A stretch of DNA of 64,000 nucleotides from Candidatus Latescibacterota bacterium (GTDB taxonomy: Bacteria; Latescibacterota; UBA2968): positions 2,944,001-3,008,000 of the forward strand of contig OZ240241.1 in assembly GCA_965198115.1 (NCBI GenBank), given 5' to 3'. Position numbers and translations under genes: made by a program. Below, piece after piece: positions 57,449 through 64,000 of this stretch. The first letter of the stretch is position 1, and every line of letters begins with the position of its first letter. Under the pieces are notes generated by a model. The model saw only the letters and a program-made list of their open reading frames with translations, did no database searches and had not been told where the DNA came from.

Positions 57449-58540
57449 TCAGAAAACGATCAACCCCCTCGCCAGCTCTCCCTCTGCCAGTGCCCGAAAC
57501 GCCTCATTGGCTTCCTCCAATGCGAACCGGCGCGAGATCAGCTCGTCGATCTTGAGTTTGTTCGCCATGTAGAGCTCGACCATGCGGGGAAAATCGTCCC
57601 GGATCCTGGCGCTTCCGTATTTGCATCCGCGAAACACCTTCTCGTTCGACTGCAATTGATTCGTGTCGAATGTCACCGTCGATCCAGTCGGCGGCAGCCC
57701 GATCATGACCGCCGTCCCTCCGGGCGCCAGGCAACCCCACGCCTGCTTGATCGTTTCCGTCACTCCCACCGCGATAAACGCATAGTCGGCACCGCAACCC
57801 GTAATGTCCTTGATCGCTTCGACAGGATCGTCGTTCGATGCGTTGACCTTGTGCGTGGCCCCCAATGATTCGGCGTAGCCCAGCTTGTCGTCCAACAGAT
57901 CCACGGCGATGATCGGGTTCGCCGCGACGAGGGCCCCGCCCTGAATGCAGTTCAGCCCGATGCCGCCCACACCGAACACGGCCATGCTCGCACCCGGCGG
58001 CACCTGAGCGGTGTTGAGAACGGCTCCCACGCCTGTCATCACCGAGCAGCCGATCAACGCGGCCTTGTCGAGCGGCATGTCGTCTCGAATGGGAATCGCA
58101 CAGTTCGCGGGCACCACAGAATGAGATGCGTAGCTGGCGACGTGACCGTAGTGATGAACCGGTTTTCCCTTTAACGTCATCCGCGTGGTCCCGTCGAACA
58201 GACCGCCCCGTTTCGGCACGGTCCGTTCGCATAGTTGGGACCTGCCCGTCGAGCAGTAGTGGCATTGCCCGCACGCGGGCGCCCAGGAGAGAATCACGTG
58301 ATCGCCCGGCTTCAGCCCCTTGACGCCCGGCCCGACGTCATCGACAACCCCGGCGCCTTCGTCTCCGAGCACGATCGGCATGGGAATTCCCGTCCAGCTG
58401 CCATCCGCGGTATGAAGACAGCTGTGACACACCCCGCTCGCCGTCATCTGAACGAGGATTTCCTCTTCCTGTGGGGGCGCCAGATCGACGTCCTCCACCT
58501 CCAGGGGTTTTCCCGGTTCGAACAGGACTGATGCTCTCAT
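57449..58540 (-). CDS. Zn-dependent alcohol dehydrogenase (class III-like MDR)
   Basis: GVCHSC, LGDEGAG, CGQCHYCSTGRSQLC, IGCSVMTGVG and GVGGIG. Confidence 0.9.
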   Translation of the reverse strand: MRASVLFEPGKPLEVEDVDLAPPQEEEILVQMTASGVCHSCLHTADGSWTGIPMPIVLGDEGAGVVDDVGPGVKGLKPGDHVILSWAPACGQCHYCSTGRSQLCERTVPKRGGLFDGTTRMTLKGKPVHHYGHVASYASHSVVPANCAIPIRDDMPLDKAALIGCSVMTGVGAVLNTAQVPPGASMAVFGVGGIGLNCIQGGALVAANPIIAVDLLDDKLGYAESLGATHKVNASNDDPVEAIKDITGCGADYAFIAVGVTETIKQAWGCLAPGGTAVMIGLPPTGSTVTFDTNQLQSNEKVFRGCKYGSARIRDDFPRMVELYMANKLKIDELISRRFALEEANEAFRALAEGELARGLIVF

Positions 58541-58771
58541 CGAATTGGCCTCCTGAGACATCCACGCTGCCGAAAGACTGACTCACGCGATCGACTGCCA
58601 AGGTACGACATACCCCCCGGTGTCCACGGAGTAAACGAGAATCGAGATCCGGGAGCCCTGAACCGGCAAGTTCGAATCGGGCTCTCAGACGCCATCCTGA
58701 CTCGTCAATGAGGTTCGGTTTATCGCCCGCCGAATTCGTTCAAAGGCACCTAAGTCGTGTTCCTTAAAGGA

Positions 58772-58800
58772 CTTGACACTCCCCACCGTGGTCCGTTTCT
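58772..58800 (+). promoter_or_regulatory. Possible sigma70 promoter
   Basis: TTGACA-17 nt-TTTCTT upstream of the 58943 gene. Confidence 0.35.
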
Positions 58801-58942
58801 TGGCCCCTCTGACAACGGAGATGAACATTGGTCAAGGTTTCTCAGAACGATCTCGAATGGCGCGACGCTGGCTTTCGGAAGAAACACCGGTCCCTTTTTT
58901 CCATCACAGGTCCTACACGTCTTTCCCCCCAATCGATAGCCC

Positions 58943-60067
58943 ATGATCGATAACTGCGCATTCTGCGGGAAATCAGACGAAGACGTCGAACGACTCTTCA
59001 GAGACCCCGATGCTCCGATCTGCAATGAGTGTTTGGACACGTGCCGAGCACTGCTGGCCGGCACACTATCGACGGGCTGGCTGATCACGACATCGCCGCA
59101 GCGATGTGCGTATTGCGGTCGCAGACCATCCGAAGGAGTCAGTCACTGTGTCCACCTCCGCCATCATTCCCCCAGAATCTGCAACCTGTGCGTGGAAACG
59201 GCCCTCGAGGCCCTCGAAACCCAAGTTGTCGAAGAACAGGTCAGCAATCTCATCGACGACGTCGAAAAGGACGTTCGGATCGACATCGACGACCAGATCG
59301 AGAGCGCCCTTCAGGGAACCGCGGGTGGACCGCCGGCTCGACTGCTCAAGCCCGACGCCGTGACCTTCGACTTCGGTGGTACGATCCTGCGCCTCGTCGA
59401 ATTCGACAAAGTGGCCGGCGTGCGACGGATGCTCGAGATCTGCGACACCTCCGACGGCTGCACGGAACAGGATGTGCTGGAGTTCATCGATGAGCTGGAC
59501 CTGCAGATTCAGGAACGCCGCGAACAGAGCCTAATCGAATATCCGGCGATTCAAAGGCAGCGCCTGATCTACGATGCACTCGGCATGGTATTCGACCTTT
59601 CTCCCCACGAAATCGAACTGGAGTTCTGGAAGGCGTCGATGCAGTACTCGGTCGAAGAGGGCATCACGACCGTCCTCGATGGACTGAGCGCGCGTGACGT
59701 CAAGCTCGCAGTCCTCAGCAATTCGGCTTTCAGCGCGAACTCGGTGCGATACGAGCTCCAGCGTCACGGTCTTCACGACTACTTCTCGGACATTGTGGTA
59801 AGCGCAGACTACGGGTTCCGAAAGCCGCATCCCCTCATCTACCGTTCTACCCTGTCCCTCCTGGGCACGGACGCCGCACGGACCTGGCACGTCGGTAACT
59901 CCCGATACTACGATGTGGAAGGGGCCATCATCGCTGGCATGGGAGCGGTTTGGTATAACCCGGCTGGCAGACAACCCCAGGGGCCGGCCCCGCACGAAGC
60001 GGTCGACTCGTGGGCCGGTTTTCAATCGGTCGTTGAGCGCGTCTTCCGTGAGTCGGAGTCATCTTGA
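58943..60067 (+). CDS. Two ClpX-type C4 zinc fingers fused to a HAD-family hydrolase
   Basis: CAFCGK..ICNEC and CAYCGR..ICNLC, then FDFGGT, LSNS, RKPHP and HVGNSRYYDVEGA. Confidence 0.8.
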   Translation: MIDNCAFCGKSDEDVERLFRDPDAPICNECLDTCRALLAGTLSTGWLITTSPQRCAYCGRRPSEGVSHCVHLRHHSPRICNLCVETALEALETQVVEEQVSNLIDDVEKDVRIDIDDQIESALQGTAGGPPARLLKPDAVTFDFGGTILRLVEFDKVAGVRRMLEICDTSDGCTEQDVLEFIDELDLQIQERREQSLIEYPAIQRQRLIYDALGMVFDLSPHEIELEFWKASMQYSVEEGITTVLDGLSARDVKLAVLSNSAFSANSVRYELQRHGLHDYFSDIVVSADYGFRKPHPLIYRSTLSLLGTDAARTWHVGNSRYYDVEGAIIAGMGAVWYNPAGRQPQGPAPHEAVDSWAGFQSVVERVFRESESS

Positions 60068-60234
60068 CACTCTTGCAGGATGCGTTTGTCGACCTTCCGA
60101 TCGGACAGTTCTCACCCGAAGTCGGGCCTCACACCGAGTATCACTTCCTTCCCGAAGCCGCACCCAAAGGCAACTGGACGGTCTCCTGTTTCATTTCTCC
60201 AATCGAGTCACAACGCGCGTGGCACGAGGATCCG
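60064..60234 (+). pseudogene. Probable N-terminal gene fragment ending at a REP
   Basis: Protein-like LLQDAFVDLPIGQFSPEVGPHTEYHFLPEAAPKGNW overlaps the previous stop and degenerates at the palindrome. Confidence 0.4.
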
Positions 60235-60262
60235 GTAGGGACGGTTCGCGAACCGTCCCTAC
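60235..60262. repeat. GTAG-type REP palindrome
   Basis: GTAGGGACGGTTCG|CGAACCGTCCCTAC, a perfect 28-bp palindrome. Confidence 0.8.
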
Positions 60263-60314
60263 GAGCATGTGTTTGTGCCCAGTCGACTGAGACGGGCGAG
60301 AAACGAGGCACCGT

Positions 60315-61067
60315 ATGAAACTGACTGAGGAGGACATCTGGTACTTCAAGCACACCGGCTTCCATCGTGTTGCGGAGACGCTGCCGAACGATCTCGTCGA
60401 TCGACTCAACGAGGCTACATCACATCACGTGGCCGAGATGATCGAGCCGATCGTATGGGAGGACAAGGAGAGCCGGCGCCCCGAATCCGTCAGACGTCTG
60501 TCCAAAATCCTCCAGCGCGATCCGGCTTATCTGGAGGCCGCAACACAACCGTTCATTCTGGACGCGCTTGAAGGTTACCTGGGCCCGAACATCGAGCTGC
60601 TCACGAACAAACACAATCACGCGATGGTCCGCCCGCCCGGTTCCTTCCGGGTCCCCTGGCATTCGGGCGAAGAACCGTGGGAACCGACGCTCATTACAGC
60701 ATTGATTTTCCTGGAGGAATCCACGGTCGAGAACGGATGCGTCCGGATCGTTCCGGGCAGTCACCAACGGCCATTCTCTCACAAGCGTCGTCCGCGTGGC
60801 GACTGGTATGAAGCGGAGCAGTACTGCCGCGCGCTCCCCGTTCCGATGCCCCGGGGCGGAATCCTGTTATTCAACGACTGCTGCTACCACGGATCCGACG
60901 TGAACCAGTCCAGTGAGTCCCGCCGCAGCATGACGCTCGGCTACCGCGCCCACGACTCCCACGATGTCTTAAAGGACGACCCGGAAAAAATCATCGTCCG
61001 TGGTGAGCGCATTTACAGCGGCCACCCACACCCGTTTCCAGACATGCCGGAGTCGACATCGCACTAG
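60315..61067 (+). CDS. PhyH family Fe/2OG oxygenase (HxG variant)
   Basis: VPWHSGE, STVENGCVRIVPGSH, CYHGS and RRS. Confidence 0.85.
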   Translation: MKLTEEDIWYFKHTGFHRVAETLPNDLVDRLNEATSHHVAEMIEPIVWEDKESRRPESVRRLSKILQRDPAYLEAATQPFILDALEGYLGPNIELLTNKHNHAMVRPPGSFRVPWHSGEEPWEPTLITALIFLEESTVENGCVRIVPGSHQRPFSHKRRPRGDWYEAEQYCRALPVPMPRGGILLFNDCCYHGSDVNQSSESRRSMTLGYRAHDSHDVLKDDPEKIIVRGERIYSGHPHPFPDMPESTSH

Positions 61068-61281
61068 CGCCCGTCTTTCAAGCGGGGCTCCTGCCCGCGG
61101 TCGTGTGGCGGCCAAACGCCTTCGCTCGTCCCCGTGTTCTGGACGGGGACGCATAACTTCGCCGGTACGCTATCGATCAGTTCGACCACGCTGTTGCCCC
61201 GTGCCGAGCACGGGGCAGAGCGCATCGCCTAAAAACTATGGTTCCCAGGCAGAGCTGGGAACGAGGAATTCCTCTTCACCA

Positions 61282-62699
61282 ATGGACTCAATTCCGCGAC
61301 CCGAGTACCCCCGTCCTCAATTCGTCCGTGACAGCTGGATCAACCTGAACGGTCCGTGGCGTTTCGCCTTCGATTTCGGAGACACGGGCGTAGAGAACGG
61401 GTGGAATCAGGACCCATCAGGATTCGATCTCGAGATCGTCGTTCCCTACTGCCCCGAGAGTCGTCTGTCTGGCGTTGCCCACACCGACTTCATTCCAGCC
61501 ACTTTCGCGCTTCCGAATGACTGGCACGATCAGCGGGTGCTCCTTCACTTTGGCGCGGTCGACTACGATTGCCACGTCTGGGTCAACGGCAAGGATGTCG
61601 GACGACATTACGGAGGCAGCGCCTCCTTCACGTTCGACATCACCGACGCGCTCGGCTCCGGCGACAACGTCCTCGTCGTGCGGGCGCGCGACGATCTACG
61701 CTCCGGGCTTCAGCCGGGGGGAAAGCAGTGCAAACAGCTTCGCTCTCGAGGCTGCCATTACACACGGACGACGGGCATCTGGCAAACCGTCTGGCTCGAG
61801 GCCGTGCCGGACGTCAATCTTCACTCTGTCCGTGTCGTCCCGGATCTCGATGGATCACGATTCATCCTGACGCCGTCCCTGAACCACGACGCACACGACT
61901 ATACGATTCGGGCCACGTTGCTGGACGATAGTCAGGACGTCGGAGGCGCCACGGCCCCCGCACTCAACGGCGGTGCCTTCTCGATCCGCATCAAAGACCC
62001 AAAGCCTTGGTCACCGGCCGATCCTCACCTCTACGACATTCGCCTCGAGCTCCTCAATGGTGACGCCGTCGCCGATCAGGTCACGTCTTACGCCGGTCTG
62101 CGAAAATTCCACATCGAAGGCCATCGCTTCTTCCTCAACAACGAACCCTTCTTCGTGCGATTCGTCCTCGACCAGGGCTTCTATCCCGAGGGCATCTGGA
62201 CCGCGCCAACCGATGACGATCTCCGTGGAGACATCGAACTCTCGATGGCCGTCGGCTTCAACGGTGCACGTCTTCACCAAAAAGTCTTCGAAGAGCGCTT
62301 TCACTACTGGGCTGACAAGCTCGGCTACCTCACCTGGGGCGAGTTCTGCGACTGGGGTATGGACTTCGGGCAACCGCGGGCGGTCCACAACCAGCAACGC
62401 GAATGGTCGGAGATCGTTGTCCGCGACCGGAACCACCCGTCGATTGTCGCGTGGACGCCCTTCAACGAAACAGCCGGTCAGGCGCGCAGCCACTTTGAAG
62501 CGCACCGCCGCTGTGTTGAAGAGACCTATGCCCTCACCAAGCGCCTCGACCCGACACGTCCTGTCAACGACACGAGCGGCTACGCACACGTACGCACCGA
62601 CATCTACACCGTCCACGACTACGAGCAAGACGTCGACGCCTTCGTTTCCAAGTATCAGTCGGTCAAACCCGACGCCGGATCGAATGCACATCATCAGCA
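61282..62699 (+). pseudogene. GH2 beta-galactosidase/glucuronidase interrupted by IS256
   Basis: PRPEYPRPQ, LHFGAVDY, TTGIWQTVWLE, VLDQG, RLHQK and NHPSIVAWTPFNE. The frame runs into the IS at 62700. Confidence 0.9.
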
Positions 62700-64000
62700 G
62701 AGCTATAATCAAAAGGTGTGGAAAAAGAGAAAGGGCGACCCTACCCTTCCCGTGAGATAGTTGATTCACACAAAACCGGGTGAGAGGCCCGGTTGGGAAG
62801 GAGGATCGCCGTGAAGGAACATACGCATAGAGCCCCATTGAAGTCCATGCCGACGTGGGAGACGGTTGACGATTGGATCCGTGAAGAGATCCAGGGCCGG
62901 TTCCAGTCCATTCTGGAGGAGGAGGCGACCGCGTTCTTGGGCCGGTCGTGGTATGAGCGCCGAGCCGAGGTCGATAGCTCCACGGGCTACAGGAACGGCT
63001 ACGGCAAGCCCCGGCGTCTCTCGACGAGCTGCGGAACGATCAAGGTCCGGCGTCCCCGGGTTCGTGGTCTGGAAGAGCGGTTTGAAAGCCGCATCCTCCC
63101 CCTGTTCGCCCGGAGAACCAGGGCCATTGGAGATCTGCTTCCCGACCTTTATCTCCACGGTCTCTCCCAGGGCGACTTCGAGTTGTCTTTGCGTGCGCTG
63201 CTCGGTGATGGCGCGCCGCTTTCGCCGACCTCGATCGCTCGTCTTCGAGGGAAGTGGGAGGTCGACTTCCAGGACTGGAAAGAAAGGCGTCTGGATAATC
63301 GCGAACTGGTCTACGCCTGGGCTGATGGCATCTACGTCAAAGCCGGGCTCGAGCGCGAGAAGGCGTGTCTGCTGGTCGTGATCGGCGCGATGAGCGACGG
63401 CAGCAAGGAGATCCTGGCGATAGAACCCGGTTATCGAGAGTCTACAGAATCCTGGCTCACGGTGCTCCGGGATCTCCGGGATCGCGGGCTCGAACATCCT
63501 GTCCTGATCGCCGCGGACGGGAATATGGGCATCTGGGCGGCCGTTGATCAGGTCTGGCCAGAGAGCCGGCAACAACGGTGCTGGAACCACAAGATCCTCA
63601 ACGTGCTCGACAAGGTCGCCAAGCGTGCACAGGCTGAAGCCCGCGCACTGCTCGTCCAGATCCCCTATGCCGGCACGAAAAAGGAGGCCGAGAAGCTCCG
63701 GAAACGCTTTGCCGCACGGTATCGCTCACAGTTCCCTGCCGCCGTGGAGACGCTCGAAAGAGACTGGGATCGGATGGTCACGTTCTACGACTTCCCGAAG
63801 GAACACTGGAAACACCTGAGAACCACGAACGTCGTCGAGAGCCCCTTTGCTTCCGTTCGGCTTCGCACAAACGCCGCCAGGCGATTCAAGAAAGTCAGGA
63901 ACGCCACGGCTCTCATCTGGCGTACGCTCAAGGTCGCAGAGAGCCGATTCAGGAAACTCACCGCGCCACACTTGCTACAACAAGTCTACGATCAGAAACA
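62700..64000 (+). mobile_element. IS256-family element (runs off window); transposase from 62811
   Basis: Begins GAGCTATAATCAAAAGG and is near-identical to the reverse complement of 2163-3536, with at least two substitutions. Confidence 0.95.

Noticed and set aside
58821-58946. 41-codon uORF overlapping the ZnF-HAD start (ATGA)
   Set aside because: The RBS directly abuts the ATG and the sequence is unrecognisable, so support is insufficient.

Overview
GC-rich bacterial chromosomal window. It is dense in catabolic enzymes: four PhyH-type Fe/2OG oxygenases, three enolase-superfamily enzymes, sialidase-like and GH2 glycosidases, LarA, UxuA, and SDR/Gfo/Ldh oxidoreductases. This gene content is reminiscent of Latescibacterota/Poribacteria-like heterotrophs (inference only). 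It carries five IS families: IS256 (three copies plus a fragment), two different IS630, ISAzo13, a tandem ISL3 dimer and IS1380. Most are piled in a mosaic at ~31.5-41.4 kb. Several genes have 1-nt indels in short base runs, which may be long-read consensus errors. The most notable observations are: (1) three PhyH proteins with HxG in place of HxD, the Fe/2OG halogenase signature, two of them tandem paralogues framed by 8-mer-periodic hairpins; (2) three sigma54 promoters, one driving a probable ~64-nt sRNA; (3) small secreted-protein genes separated by repeated histidine-kinase 3' tails, resembling a cassette array; (4) a double ClpX zinc finger-HAD fusion; (5) larA next to uxuA; (6) intergenic hairpins built from 7-, 8- and 9-mer units. 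No rRNA, tRNA or CRISPR array was seen. All family calls come from motif recognition, not database searches.
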